A stretch of 64,000 nucleotides of DNA from Nitrosopumilaceae archaeon (GCA_965214835.1 CBDCCK010000002.1:2624001-2688000), one strand, 5' to 3'; numbered from the stretch's first letter, positions 21,429-32,494 are shown. The notes: generated from the letters alone by a model not told the origin. Numbers and translations are program-made.

Positions 21429-21743
21429 CAGCTAAGTGAAAAGTACCCCAGTCAGGCAGAAAATCAAAGAATTTAGACCATCTTGACAACACTGGCAAAT
21501 GCAAACAGATCAGTTACGGTGCGGCCCCGTGGTTTTCGTTGGGAAAACAAAAATCCAGACAGTGCCGCGATCTTGACAACAACCCGCGGATTGCTCTCAA
21601 GATCGCGGCTCTGCCTAGATTTTGTCTAGACAGCGAAAACCGCGGAGCCGCGCCGTAACTGATCTGTTTGTATCTATCAGTGTTGTCAAGACGGTCTAAA
21701 TTCCTTGATTTTCTGCCTGGCTGGGGCACTTTTCACTTAGCTG
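21429..21743. repeat. 315-bp foldback: two inverted 82-bp family C arms around a TIR-bounded core (21511-21661)
   Basis: Arms differ at about 8 of 82 positions by hand count; core TIR cagttacgg / ccgtaactg. Confidence 0.9.
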
Positions 21744-21790
21744 TATATGCAAAAACGCATATATATGCAAGATTGCATATGTGTGCAAGA

Positions 21791-23020
21791 ATGAACATGG
21801 CACAGCAGGACATTCCGTTTGTTGTAGGCAAGCCGGTTACCGGCAAGTATTTCATCGACAGGAAGGAGGAATTAAAAAAGATCACCGCGCTACTGTCTGG
21901 AAACGCAATAAACAACATTGCGTTGCCGGCGCAAAGACGGACCGGCAAGTCCTCAGTCCTCTACAACCTAAAAGAGAAAGACACGGGGAAGATCCACGTC
22001 CTGTTTGATGCCTACGGCATATCCACAAAGGAGAGGTTTGCAAAATCATACATCAACTCCATCCGTCATTGCTACACAGAGAATACCGGTGACAAGGCAT
22101 ACAATAAAAGAATCAGGGAATCACTTGGTGAGGGCGCAGGCGTACTGACAGGCAAAATAAGCGATGTCGGAATATCCGTATTTGAATTTGTAAAATTTCA
22201 AGTGACAGTTAACAAAAAAGAGACAGATCCTGATGAGCTGCTGGAAGACGCGCTGAACTATGCAGAGGCGCTTGCTAAAGAGAAGGGCGTTTCGCTGGTA
22301 ATCATGATTGATGAGTTTCAGGAGCTGCTAAAATGGGGAGACGGCTTTTTGAGAATGTTCAGGAAGATCATGCAGTCCCAACAGAAGGTGTGTTATGTTT
22401 TGTCTGGTTCGGCACCCACCACAATGCGCAGGCTGGTGTATGATTCAAAGTCTCCGCTATACAGACAGTTGATGGATATACGATTAAACAGGCTGCCAAA
22501 AAGGGAGGTGATTGCGTTTGTCAAAAGGAGGCTTGCAGCAGCAAAGATTGTGGCAGATAGCGGCGCGGCGGAATACATTTTCGAACTAAGCCGCGGATAT
22601 GCTGACTATGTACAGAGAATTGGAATGCATGTCTTTTGGATGTGCTTGGACAGTAATAAAAGACGGGTTGCAAGACGCGATGTGGATGATGCATACGAGG
22701 ATATGCTGGTTCGGCTAGATGCCGATTTTGGCGCAGGTTTTTCACGGCATACGGATCTTGAAAAGGAGATATTGTTTGCATTGGCGGGAGGCAAGGCGTC
22801 GATATCTGCGATGGCCCTGGAAATCAGGACGTCTCAAAGCACAATACCAAAAACCATAAACAGGCTGATAGCATCAGACATTGTTGAGAGGTACCAGCCT
22901 GGCAAATACCGCATTGTCGACGGTGTCTTTTCAGACTGGATCTACAAACAGACGCATGCACGGGTCACACGAAGTTTCAGGTCTTCATATACAACAGAGT
23001 CAGACCACAACCCACAATAG
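21791..23020 (+). CDS. Archaeal P-loop ATPase (AP-ATPase-like) with C-terminal wHTH
   Basis: PFVVGKPV..FIDRKEE, AQRRTGKSS, IDEFQ, SGS..SPLY; the track's TTG 21668 lies inside the foldback. Confidence 0.85.
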   Translation: MNMAQQDIPFVVGKPVTGKYFIDRKEELKKITALLSGNAINNIALPAQRRTGKSSVLYNLKEKDTGKIHVLFDAYGISTKERFAKSYINSIRHCYTENTGDKAYNKRIRESLGEGAGVLTGKISDVGISVFEFVKFQVTVNKKETDPDELLEDALNYAEALAKEKGVSLVIMIDEFQELLKWGDGFLRMFRKIMQSQQKVCYVLSGSAPTTMRRLVYDSKSPLYRQLMDIRLNRLPKREVIAFVKRRLAAAKIVADSGAAEYIFELSRGYADYVQRIGMHVFWMCLDSNKRRVARRDVDDAYEDMLVRLDADFGAGFSRHTDLEKEILFALAGGKASISAMALEIRTSQSTIPKTINRLIASDIVERYQPGKYRIVDGVFSDWIYKQTHARVTRSFRSSYTTESDHNPQ

Positions 23021-23099
23021 ACTTTATGCGTAATCTATTCAGATCTAGGATTATTACGAACAGATTCATCTCATTCAGGTCGGTTATGCATAAAGTCTA
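23018..23099. mobile_element. MITE family B, supplies the ATPase stop codon
   Basis: tagactttatgcgtaatc...ttatgcataaagtcta. Confidence 0.88.
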
Positions 23100-23304
23100 A
23101 TAGGCAATCTAACAGGAGGATGCGCGAGACCGACATACTGACGATCTGGAGCGGGCCCATGAGACGGAAGTTGTTGGCATCATACGCTGTTCTTGGAATT
23201 ATTGCACAATTCGTCAAAATGCTTGAAGATCCCGCACGCCGCCCTCACATTGGGCGTGAGGCATAATGAAAAGCATAAGGGCTTCAAACCAAGTATGTCA
23301 AACC

Positions 23305-23397
23305 GGGGTTGTCGCCTAATTCATTCATGCTGCCTCCACAGGTATCCCGAGACTTGCGGCGCATTCGAACCTGTTTAGCGCCTAGAGGTTCCATCCT
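23305..23397. mobile_element. MITE family M fragment
   Basis: ggggttgtcgcctaattca end, shared with 60204-60336. Confidence 0.65.
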
Positions 23398-23459
23398 ATG
23401 GCATTGCACAGAGCGAACCTTCTGCGGGTGGACGCCTTTCTGAACCTACACGTCAGCCT

Positions 23460-23696
23460 GAGAGTTGATTCGAAATTAGCAAGCTATGATTATTTGTGGA
23501 CGGATTTGTGTAAAGCAGCGCAAAATATCAGCAAAATACAAACTATCTGCGAAATCACTTGAGAAATTCGTACGGTCTATGATTTGGGATCACCTCTCTA
23601 GGGGCGTTGGCCGGAATCGCCGCTGCTGCGGCCTGAGGGCCGGCAGCAGGACAGCTACGAACGGGGCGTTCGGTCTCTGATTTCGGACAACCTCTC
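23460..23696. mobile_element. MITE family H (23460-23598) plus a right-end fragment of the 26407-27581 IS type
   Basis: gagagttgattcgaaattag / gggatcacctctc; 23600-23696 resembles 27485-27581. Confidence 0.75.
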
Positions 23697-23753
23697 AGGA
23701 GGAGAGCATGACGGTTTATCACAGGGAGTCCAAGCCCCATCCACTCCATGACG

Positions 23754-23864
23754 GTAACAGCTCGGACTCTGGAAGTGAGTTGTGATTTTAGGCACGAATT
23801 ACATCTGCGGATGCCTCTTTGGCGGTAAAGCTCACGCCTGAACTTCCAGAGCCCGAGCTGTTAC
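23754..23864. mobile_element. MITE family A nested in a family C remnant
   Basis: Perfect TSD ccatgacg; the empty site is visible at 17423-17430. Confidence 0.92.
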
Positions 23865-23973
23865 CCATGACGTCAGATCTTGGATACTTTGTGCTTGGCT
23901 GGATGTACGAATCAAAATCATCATAATCACCACCACGCCTGAGCTTCAGAATCACGGACTGTCACTCTGGTGC

Positions 23974-24309
23974 TCATCCATACAGAAACACATCCCCCTT
24001 GGTGCTCAGATACATCGTCTTTTTGACTATTAGATCGATCAGTCTTTGCTTGTTTTTCCATTTTCCTGCAAGTCTGGACGTATCAAAACCCCTTGTACGC
24101 ACAATTTGCCTTAGCGTGTCAATGTCCAGTTTTTCCAGCTCTTCTCGCAAAAGATCCTCCCCACCTTTGGATACCAGGCCAAACAGGTCAATGTCGGGCC
24201 TTTTTCTGACCGATCTCCGTTTTGGATCCAGCAGTTTGGGATTTTTTTCTATCTGGTCTGCCAGCAGACGCAGGATGTCTGGAATCGTCAGCTCGTCATT
24301 CCGGCTCAT
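23974..24309 (-). CDS. Small ParA-associated protein (111 aa)
   Basis: ATGA overlap with ParA; helical C-terminus LEKLDIDTLRQIV...KWKNKQRLI...KGDVF. Confidence 0.75.
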   Translation of the reverse strand: MSRNDELTIPDILRLLADQIEKNPKLLDPKRRSVRKRPDIDLFGLVSKGGEDLLREELEKLDIDTLRQIVRTRGFDTSRLAGKWKNKQRLIDLIVKKTMYLSTKGDVFLYG

Positions 24310-25166
24310 CGGATCCTCTCCAGAAACTCGTTTGTAAGCTTGTCATATACGTCAAACATTGTCACATAGCCGTACTTTTGTTTTAGTGTAGCCGATACGG
24401 AACTGACATCCGCCGCATCTGCGGTTCTTACGGTCAAAGGAATCACCGTATCATAAACCGGGGGGTATTCGCCGCTTTGTGCTCTGTTTTTCAGGGACTC
24501 CATCATGGTTTTGTGTGTGGTACTTTGCTTTCTATACATTGAGATTATTATTCCTGAGGGATTGATTGTCAAATCGCTCTCTCTTGAAAAATCCGATATC
24601 CTACTCATTATTTGTGGGATGCCAAACGTTGGAAGGATGTCTGGAATGGTGGGAATGACATAAAAATCTGATATGTACAGGCCGTTTAGCGTTATTATTC
24701 CAAGGTTTGGTGGACAGTCAATGAGTACATAATCGTAATCCTGCAACACCGGCGAGATGGATCTTTTAAGAATCATAACTGGGCTGAACAGATGAAAGCG
24801 ACCCGTAGTAATTTGTGATAATTCATCCTGTATTCCTACCAGATCTAGACTTGATGGCAAGAGATCCAAGTTCGGTATGCCGTCATTCACATTGGATACT
24901 TTTTGCATTATCGAGTTTTTAATATTGAATTTTGACGTGTTGTCTAATCTGTCCTTGAACATTTGAAAAATAGTCTCGCCTTTCTCGTTCTTGTCCTTCC
25001 AAGCATCTTGCGTGATCAAAGTCATGGTAGCATTGGTTTGCGGATCTAGATCAATTACAAGTACTTTCTTCTTGTGCTGCATGGCAAGAAATTCGGCAAT
25101 GGCCACTACGGTCTGAGTTTTTCCCACTCCGCCTTTGAGATTGATCATGCTAACGGTTTTTGTCAA
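24306..25166 (-). CDS. ParA/Soj-family ATPase
   Basis: NLKGGVGKT, IDLDPQ, IDCPP. Confidence 0.92.
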   Translation of the reverse strand: MTKTVSMINLKGGVGKTQTVVAIAEFLAMQHKKKVLVIDLDPQTNATMTLITQDAWKDKNEKGETIFQMFKDRLDNTSKFNIKNSIMQKVSNVNDGIPNLDLLPSSLDLVGIQDELSQITTGRFHLFSPVMILKRSISPVLQDYDYVLIDCPPNLGIITLNGLYISDFYVIPTIPDILPTFGIPQIMSRISDFSRESDLTINPSGIIISMYRKQSTTHKTMMESLKNRAQSGEYPPVYDTVIPLTVRTADAADVSSVSATLKQKYGYVTMFDVYDKLTNEFLERIR

Positions 25167-25218
25167 TTGTCAGTGCTGTGCCACTATGAAATTTTAACAT
25201 TGTGATCAAAGTAGTTTG

Positions 25219-25310
25219 GCATGAGGTCACCTACCCCTGCCAATCAGGCACACATTTGCCTGCAGTTGTGATTTTCATGCCTGTCCGGCAGGGAGGCGTG
25301 ACTTTAATTC
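25219..25310. mobile_element. MITE family E (diverged)
   Basis: gcatgaggtcacctacccc...gcgtgac. Confidence 0.75.
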
Positions 25311-25364
25311 TGCCTATGGACTACCCTATTACCAATTATATACTATCATGCGGCCATCCGGATT

Positions 25365-26315
25365 ATGTCGGATGTCGTGGGATCCTCCGTGCCGATAGGG
25401 CGCCGCCTTTGGCGCATGATGGATGCGGTCACGTGTGTGTGGGGGAGGGGCAGGAGGAGCGCCCGTGCGCTCCTCTTCAGCACCCTGCCGGACTTTCTGA
25501 TTATAGGGGCCGCCAAGTCAGGCACCACGTCGCTTTACGGCCTGATAAGCGCGCATCCACACGTGCTTCCGGCGCGGATCAAGGAGATAGAATACTTTGC
25601 CCCCACGGGAATATACTTGTCTGGCCCGACGTGGTACCGCGACCACTTTCCGACCGTACTTCATATGTATGGCTCTGCCCTGCTGCACGGACACCGGATG
25701 CTGACCGGCGAGGCCACCGCCGTCTACATGTTCCATCCAGACGTGCCGGGCCGGGTCAGGGACTTGCTTCCAAACGTCAGGCTGATAGCCATACTGCGCA
25801 ATCCCGTAGATCGCGCCTATTCGGAGTACAACATGCGACTCGGGAGGGGAAACGAGTCGCTGACCTTTGAGGACGCAATAGCCGCAGAGCGTAACAGGGC
25901 ATCGTATGGGGAGACATCGGATTCCAGATCCCAGTACAACCTCTATCACTCCTATCTGGGCAGGGGCCGCTATGCCGAGCAGCTGATCCGCTGGTACAAG
26001 TGCTTTGACAGGAACCGTCTTCTGATCCTGACGACCGAGGAGCTGGAGGACGACAGGCAGGGTATGCTTGACAGGGTCTTTGGGTTTCTGGGACTAAAGC
26101 CGTTTGAGGTGGGGGGGTCAGACGGCCTGCCGGACTCGCCTTGGATGAAGAAGTACAAGTCCGAGCCGCCCCATGCGGACGATCCCTTCAAACTCAACGT
26201 GGGAAGATACCCCGCGATGAGACGCGACACGCGGAGGATGCTGGTTGACTATTTTCGCCCGTACAACGAGCGGCTGTCTGAGCTTCTGGGGCGTGGCTTT
26301 GACTGGGATCGGTGA
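25365..26315 (+). CDS. PAPS-dependent sulfotransferase
   Basis: PDFLIIGAAKSGTTSL and ILRNPVDRAYS. Confidence 0.92.
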   Translation: MSDVVGSSVPIGRRLWRMMDAVTCVWGRGRRSARALLFSTLPDFLIIGAAKSGTTSLYGLISAHPHVLPARIKEIEYFAPTGIYLSGPTWYRDHFPTVLHMYGSALLHGHRMLTGEATAVYMFHPDVPGRVRDLLPNVRLIAILRNPVDRAYSEYNMRLGRGNESLTFEDAIAAERNRASYGETSDSRSQYNLYHSYLGRGRYAEQLIRWYKCFDRNRLLILTTEELEDDRQGMLDRVFGFLGLKPFEVGGSDGLPDSPWMKKYKSEPPHADDPFKLNVGRYPAMRRDTRRMLVDYFRPYNERLSELLGRGFDWDR

Positions 26316-26406
26316 CCAGTGCCCGGCACAATGCGATCTAGGCCGCATATCGGAGGGGACTCGAATCCGCCATGTGCGGGGTCGGGCCCCGGCCGGACTG
26401 AGTACA

Positions 26407-27581
26407 GAGGGTTAATTCGAAATTAGCAAATTTTGATCAAATGGGAACATAATGTACACCAACCCGATCCAAATGCCAGTAAAATGTACATAATTCATGA
26501 AGTTATTTGATAAATTGTCAAAAACTCCGGACATTCAAGAAGATGTTTGCCGGCATGACTGCCCCCGAATTTGATTTGTTGTATGCAAAGGTGGCAAAAA
26601 AAAACACCCAAAGATGGACAGAAAGAGGCTTTCTGCTTTCTGCCAAAAAAGACCGCAAGCGTGATATCATCGGTGCAGGACGCCCGACTGCCCTCAGCCT
26701 GAAGGAGAGTCTTCTGCTGTCCCTGTTCTACTACAGGACGTACGTCACACAGGACGTGGCATCTGCCATGTTCGGAATAGGACAGGCATCAGTCTCGCGC
26801 TCGATAGACAGGATTGCGCCGGTTCTCAAAAAGTGCCTGTCGATCCCCGAAAAGATCTATTCGGGCACCAAGAGAATATCCTCAGTAGAGGAGCTAATGG
26901 ACGTATTGCCAGAACTTGTCTGCCTGACAGATGCCTCAGAACAAAAGATATGCAGGCCCAAGAGAAAGGACATGGAGAAATCGCACTATTCAGGCAAGGC
27001 AGGCACGCACACAGTCAAGGTCCAGTACACCACCAACATCCACGGACTCAGTACACAAGACACACCCCACTCTCCGGGACGCGTAAACGACATCACGATG
27101 TACCAGATGAGGCATCCCACGTTCCGGTACGACCAAAGAAAGGAGAAGGAGAAGGAGAAAAAGTGTCCCGGCGGCAGCGGGGATGGTGATGCGCCACAAC
27201 AACAACAAAAGAGCACAAAGCTTCGTCACTACATGGACCGCGGATACCAGGAAGCACAGTTAGTGGATGCAGGCACGGACATCATACTCCCAATCAAGAA
27301 AAAACCGGGCGGCAAGCTCACTGATGCGCAAAAAAGAGTACAATATCACGCACTCAAAGATACGTGTGTACGTGGAGAACACCATACGCAGGGTCAAAAC
27401 ATACAGGATCATGGGCGACCGGTACCGAAGCCCACTCAAAAAGTACGACCTTGCAAACAGTATCGTGTGCGGACTGGTCAACGATGGGGCGCCGGCCAGA
27501 ATCGCTGCTGCGGCCTAATGAGTGGCGGCAGCTGAACGGTTGCAGACGGGGCACTCGATTTCTAATTTCGGATCACCTCTC
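26407..27581 (+). mobile_element. IS5-family element, transposase 26507-27518 frameshifted near 27335
   Basis: TIR gagggttaattcgaaattag / ctaatttcggatcacctctc; DASEQKICRP, YSGK, MDRGY, RVYVENTI. Confidence 0.88.
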
Positions 27582-27720
27582 TGGGACGGCAGATGGCATC
27601 CAATGCCGTAGGGGCCTGCCTGCCTTAGAATGTGATTGTATTCTGGCTATTCTAGACCCCCTGTACAGTACCAACCCCGCTGGCACGATGCGTACAAAAA
27701 CGTGGATCCTTATCCCACGC

Positions 27721-27995
27721 CTGAGAGCTAAACCCCCCTCCCCGGACACGCGTCCCAGGCACGGTGCCGTTTTCTCAAAAAACGCCGATTTCAGGGGGGG
27801 TTTAACACCTGCTCGTAAATGCGGTAGGCAACCGTCAAAACACCCCGGTAGCTGGGCAGAGTATTGCCTATGTTTTATTTTTGTGCCTGAGAGCTAAACC
27901 CCCCTGTTTCCGGCTCGATCTTGGGAAAACAGGCACGGAAATGCACCAAACCAAGGCCATGTTTGCCCTAAAAGGGGCGGGGGGGTTTGGGCCAA
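27721..27995. repeat. Two small elements starting ctgagagctaaacccccct (family J)
   Basis: Identical starts near 27721 and 27887, each closed by ggggggtt. Confidence 0.6.
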
Positions 27996-28016
27996 GACAC
28001 CAGTGCATAAATAACT

Positions 28017-28469
28017 CTAGTCTGGACTGCCAGTGGGGGTGTATCCCGTATCGCCGTTCTTGAACCGCACCCATTCTTCCGGGGTGGATCTCCGCTTTTG
28101 ATCATCCAATGCCGCATGGAGTGCGTCTTTGGCCGCTTGGGGGAGCTTGTCATAGTTCAAAAGTCCCAGCTTGAGCCCCTTAAAGATCATGGAGATTGTT
28201 AGATACTTGTTCCTACATTGTGGAGAAAAAGTGTTCTTAAACTCTTTTTTCCACAAATCCCCCTGCGGCGGCCCTGCTGGAACAAAACCCGGAGGCAGTA
28301 GAGGAGCGTCGGGGTCGCGTTTTGGCCGCTTGGTAGCATGCAGGTCTGCAGGCGAATTTATGGGCTTGAGGACTAGATTGTCTGGGTCGTCACTTGACGG
28401 CCGGACAGTGTACAAGCCGCCAGGCAGTTTGCCCTTGGCTATGTCGTCCCACGAGTATTCTTTTGCCAT
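28017..28469 (-). CDS. Hypothetical protein (150 aa)
   Basis: ATG ORF with an upstream TATA-like ttaaata. Confidence 0.55.
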   Translation of the reverse strand: MAKEYSWDDIAKGKLPGGLYTVRPSSDDPDNLVLKPINSPADLHATKRPKRDPDAPLLPPGFVPAGPPQGDLWKKEFKNTFSPQCRNKYLTISMIFKGLKLGLLNYDKLPQAAKDALHAALDDQKRRSTPEEWVRFKNGDTGYTPTGSPD

Positions 28470-28664
28470 TCTTGTCAGTCACCACTACAGTGGGCGTAGC
28501 GATGTTTTTGTATTTAACACATTTTTGCGAATTCCACCTGTGACAGGTATGATATTGCTTATATTGTCAGCAGGACCGATCCACGTTCCCAGACTCGCCA
28601 GCCCCACCGCAACAAGTGCGCGCCGCAGGAGCCGGGGCAGGGCAGCAGGTGCAGATTGCAGTAC

Positions 28665-28770
28665 CCGCTGTCAAAAATCTATATTTCTAAACTCGAATTT
28701 AGAAATATGTGTTTTCAGGCGTGTCACATCTCCTTGCAGCAAAGCCAAGGCCATGTTTGGCCCCAAAAGG
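28665..28770. repeat. ~100-bp repeat containing a 28-bp 11-6-11 palindrome (28681-28708)
   Basis: atatttctaaa ctcgaa tttagaaatat; homologous to 29205-29300. Confidence 0.85.
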
Positions 28771-28849
28771 TGGCCCAGATCACATCAATGCTGAGAAAGC
28801 AATATCAGATAAACAAAAAACCAAGGATCTGGTGAGACAAGCGAACATC

Positions 28850-29047
28850 TCAAGCACGTACAGGATATTGTTGTATAGTCTCTTGTGATATTTCGGAAAT
28901 ACGAGGGATTGTAAACCCGTCTAACGCTTGGACATAACTGCAGTTTTTGCATTTGTAAAACACCCTGCCATCTAAATGGGCCGCTATTTTGAGTGGCTCA
29001 TTTTTTGTACATTCGGGGTAGTTGGTGTCGTGCTGAGTTTTCAACAA
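28850..29047 (-). CDS. Small possible Zn-ribbon protein
   Basis: YPEC...CKNC; may be degenerate. Confidence 0.4.
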   Translation of the reverse strand: MLKTQHDTNYPECTKNEPLKIAAHLDGRVFYKCKNCSYVQALDGFTIPRISEISQETIQQYPVRA

Positions 29048-29204
29048 CCACCATTACAAAACAGGCATAAAAGCACACCAAAGGCAGCCGTATACGAGGT
29101 CAGTCCCCTCACCACCATCTATGCATGAAAGCCACGGTTACGCACAAATTCACGCCTATTAGTTTAAGGCGAGGTGATCTCACACAGTTCCTAGGTCATG
29201 TAGG

Positions 29205-29300
29205 GTACACCGTCAAAAATCCATATTTCTAAACTCGAGTTTAGAAACATATGTCTTCAAGCGTGTCACAACTCTTTGTAGCAGACGCCAAGGCTCAAAA
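29205..29300. repeat. Second copy of the repeat, palindrome at 29223-29250
   Basis: atatttctaaa ctcgag tttagaaacat. Confidence 0.85.
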
Positions 29301-29308
29301 CGGCTCGT

Positions 29309-30235
29309 CTATTCCGAAAAGTATTGGGTGTCTATGCTGTTGATCTCGTACGTATGATCTAGGCGCACGCCCACCCCATAGTCGTACATGAATGAGGCCA
29401 GTTTTGCGCCATCAATGAGGATGACCCTAGACGAGATGTTCCTGACAAAATCATGCGTGTCCTTGGTAAACTCCGACGTGGTGACAAATATGCCCTTTTT
29501 CGCCTTTTTGGAGTCCATTGCACCTGCAAAATCCCTCACGTTACTTACTGGAACTGCGTCTTTCCATCTTTTTGCCTGAAGGCATATGATGTCGATCCCA
29601 AGCTTGTCTTCGTGTATCACGCCATCTATGCCTCCGTCGCCAGTCTTGCCCAGCACCTCGTGTTCCACACCATACCCCATTTTCCTGACTAGATCAACTA
29701 TCAACTTCTCAAAAAATTTCGGCGATTTCTCGTTCTTTATTGTGTCCAACAGATCCTTTTCAACGTCGTTCCTATATCGGACATATCCAGACTCGATCAT
29801 TTCTGTTGGTGACTTGTCACTGTTTGACGGCTCTGGATCAGTGTTAACAGACATCTTGTTTTTCCAATCGACATATTTCGGACAGTTCTCAAGCAGGAAT
29901 CGCAGGTTGACTTCGGTTGGATTTTTTGCCAGAATCTGCCTTCCCTCATCTGTGATTGACCACGCACCGTCTGATTTTTCAACAAGGCCGGCCTTTCTGA
30001 GGTATAAAGTAGTCCAGTATATCCTGTTTTGTAAAACACGTTGCCTTCCACTCTTCAAAAGCCTTGTCTTTTCTTCATCGCTCAGGCCATACTTGCCTGC
30101 AAGATCATCCTCAATCTCTATGTAAGTGAGCCCTTTCCTTTCTTGACCCCCCCCCCCCACGTTTAGCATTTTGAGGACAGGAAACATGATGGTTTGAAAG
30201 TCAGGAATCATGATATGTGATTCCAATCCTTGCAC
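29309..30235 (-). CDS. mrr: Mrr type IV restriction endonuclease
   Basis: IPDFQTIM..NRIYW..YLRKAG N-domain; FEKL..GDGGIDG..QAKRW. Confidence 0.93.
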   Translation of the reverse strand: MQGLESHIMIPDFQTIMFPVLKMLNVGGGGQERKGLTYIEIEDDLAGKYGLSDEEKTRLLKSGRQRVLQNRIYWTTLYLRKAGLVEKSDGAWSITDEGRQILAKNPTEVNLRFLLENCPKYVDWKNKMSVNTDPEPSNSDKSPTEMIESGYVRYRNDVEKDLLDTIKNEKSPKFFEKLIVDLVRKMGYGVEHEVLGKTGDGGIDGVIHEDKLGIDIICLQAKRWKDAVPVSNVRDFAGAMDSKKAKKGIFVTTSEFTKDTHDFVRNISSRVILIDGAKLASFMYDYGVGVRLDHTYEINSIDTQYFSE

Positions 30236-30295
30236 GTGCAGTAAAAATGTTGCGTGATTGAAATAGTATGTTTCGTAATGGGTAGCCCCTAGCCA

Positions 30296-30385
30296 GAGTT
30301 GAAGTCACGTGCCTTGCCGGCCAGGCATAAAAATCACAGATGTGTGTAGACTTCTGCCTAATTACTGGGTGGAGGTGACCTCGTA
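30296..30385. mobile_element. MITE family E (diverged), fused to an IS66 fragment
   Basis: Ends ggtgacctcgtac, directly followed by IS66 coding sequence. Confidence 0.7.
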
Positions 30386-30784
30386 CGCTTCGGCAGCTGT
30401 ACCGCAGCGCCGTCAGGGCAAGGAGGAAGGACAGGGGCAAGGATCTGCGCAGAAGGTTCGAGTCCTGACTGCGCAACATACTGTTCGGGTACCGGGAAAG
30501 CACGGACGACCCCGTCCTGGGCCCGGTGCTGCGCAGACTGACAAGCTCGCTGCCGCACCTGTTTACGTTCCTGGAGCACGACAACGTGCATCCCACAAAC
30601 AACGCCGCAGAGCGTGCCCTCCGTTACGCCGTCGTCTTCCGCAAGATAAGCGGGCAGATCAAGGGAGGGGAACTCTGGATGAGGAGGTGGTCGTGGTTTA
30701 TGACGTGCATACTGACATGGAGGGCAAGGGGCAGATCCGTAGCAGACGAGGTCATGAAACTGGTTTAGGAACGTGACCTCGTAC
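30386..30784 (+). mobile_element. 3' fragment of the IS66-family element
   Basis: PTNNAAERALR; end gtgacctcgtac. Confidence 0.9.
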
Positions 30785-30910
30785 GCAGAGAAGTGTCCCA
30801 TAATTAAAAATCATGTGAATGGCCTGGTTTTTCTACCAACCCGTCAAATAATCTGACATGCAGTATGATTTTTGCAAGCATTTTGACCTGCTTGACGCAC
30901 GTTCGTATAC

Positions 30911-32175
30911 TGGTGAGGATCCCACTAGAATAGGAACGCTTTTTTTCGCACACTTTTTGAGTCAGGAGGTCGAATCACAAATATGACCAAGAAAACATGG
31001 AGTACGCAGGACAAGATAGGGATAGTCATGGAGCACATCAACACCAACATCGAGACGGCAGAGCTGTGCCGCCGCCACAACCTAGCCCCCAGGACGTTTT
31101 ACCAGTGGAGGGAGCGCTTTTTGCAGGCCGGACGCGCGTCACTGTCAGGCAGGGGCCACAAGTCAACAGAGGAGCGGCAGCAAAAGGAGATCGAGTCGCT
31201 CAAGAAAATAGTCGGAGAGTACGCCGTGGCCAATGCGGTATTAAAAAAAACCTTGGAGGCAGGCAAAAGGTGATGGCCGCAACCGAGCTGAAGAGCAAGG
31301 GATGGAGCACACGCACATCACTGCAGTGCAGCGGGGCAACCAGGACTGCACTGTACTACGAGAAGACGCCCAGAAAGGTGTTGCCTGACAGGCAGACTGT
31401 CATGCATGTGGAACGGATTGGTAAGCAGAGGCCTACATACGGCACGCGCCGCATGGCAGCCCAGATAAGACGCGAGACCGGCGTGCCGACAAACCGCAAA
31501 AGGATACAGCAGATATGCCGCAAAATAGGCTGGATCACGCCTAAAAAGACCAAAAACGACATAATCCGGGCCGGTAAAAGGGGCAGGTTCAAGCCCACAG
31601 GACCAAACCAACTGTGGGAGACTGACATCACGTACGTCTGGTGCGGCGTTGGCGGGTGGTGCTACTGCTTTAACGTAATCGATACGTTCACCCGGAAGTG
31701 GATAACATACGTATTTGACACGCAGGCCACCGCACAAGTCGCAGTCGAATCTCTGACAAAGGCAGTCTCTACAATTTCTGCAGAGGCGGCGCGCGGCTTG
31801 CTGGTCAGAAGCGACAACGGCGTCCAGTATACGAGCCGCGAATTCAAAGATAGTATGAAAGCGCTCGGGGTAAGGTGCGAGTACATCTGGCACAATACGC
31901 CCGAGCAGAACGGCCATGTCGAGTCATTTCACAAGACCCTCAAAAAGGAGTACGTCTGGCCGCATGACTTTGCCAGGTTCCAGGATGCAGAAGCCGTCCT
32001 GGCAGAGGCGTTTGCGGACTACAACTCCAAGAGGATCCACTCGGCACTGGGATACCTGACGCCGGACGAGTTTGTCCAAAAGACTCAAAAAATCACGGAG
32101 GTACGGCAGAAATGAGCGATCAAAGTGTGCGTAAAAGATCGCCAAAAGCGTTCCTATTTTATGGGGTCCACTCCA
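30911..32175 (+). mobile_element. IS3-family element (orfA 30983-31273; orfB to 32115)
   Basis: TG...CA ends, imperfect TIR containing aataggaacg, TSD atac; A8 slippery run near 31243; WETDITY, SDNG, ESFHKTLK. Confidence 0.93.
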
Positions 32176-32304
32176 ATACACGTGGTCAAAAACTGCCAAT
32201 TATGAATCGCATCCTCCTCTCAGGATAAGGTGGGGCTGAACCCGTCGGGACTCGAACCCGAACCGTCCGGGTCTTAGTCGGACATGCTGCCGATTAACAC
32301 CACA

Positions 32305-32396
32305 GTACGAGGTCACCTATCCCCATCAGTCAGGCACGAATTAGATGCATGATTGTGATTTTCGTGCCTAGCTAACAAGGGGACGTGACCACATAC
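32305..32396. mobile_element. MITE family E
   Basis: TSD acaccaca; near-exact reverse complement of 36978-37069. Confidence 0.92.
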
Positions 32397-32404
32397 ACAC
32401 CACA

Positions 32405-32494
32405 GTAAGAGTTTACCTCTCCCCAGAGATACGGCGTGGCAGGCGTGATCATGAAGGCTCCGACTAGCAGTGTAGCCTGGGGGTAAACTCTTAC
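32405..32494. mobile_element. MITE family G
   Basis: TIR gtaagagtttacc / ggtaaactcttac, flanked by acaccaca. Confidence 0.85.

Noticed and set aside
26351-26400. tRNA T-arm-like ggggactcgaatcc as an att site
   Set aside because: No cloverleaf, and no extended match to tRNA-Gly or the tRNA-like gene.
32231-32260. tmRNA-like ggggctga start
   Set aside because: Explained by the minus-strand tRNA-like 3' end and trailer; no other tmRNA features.
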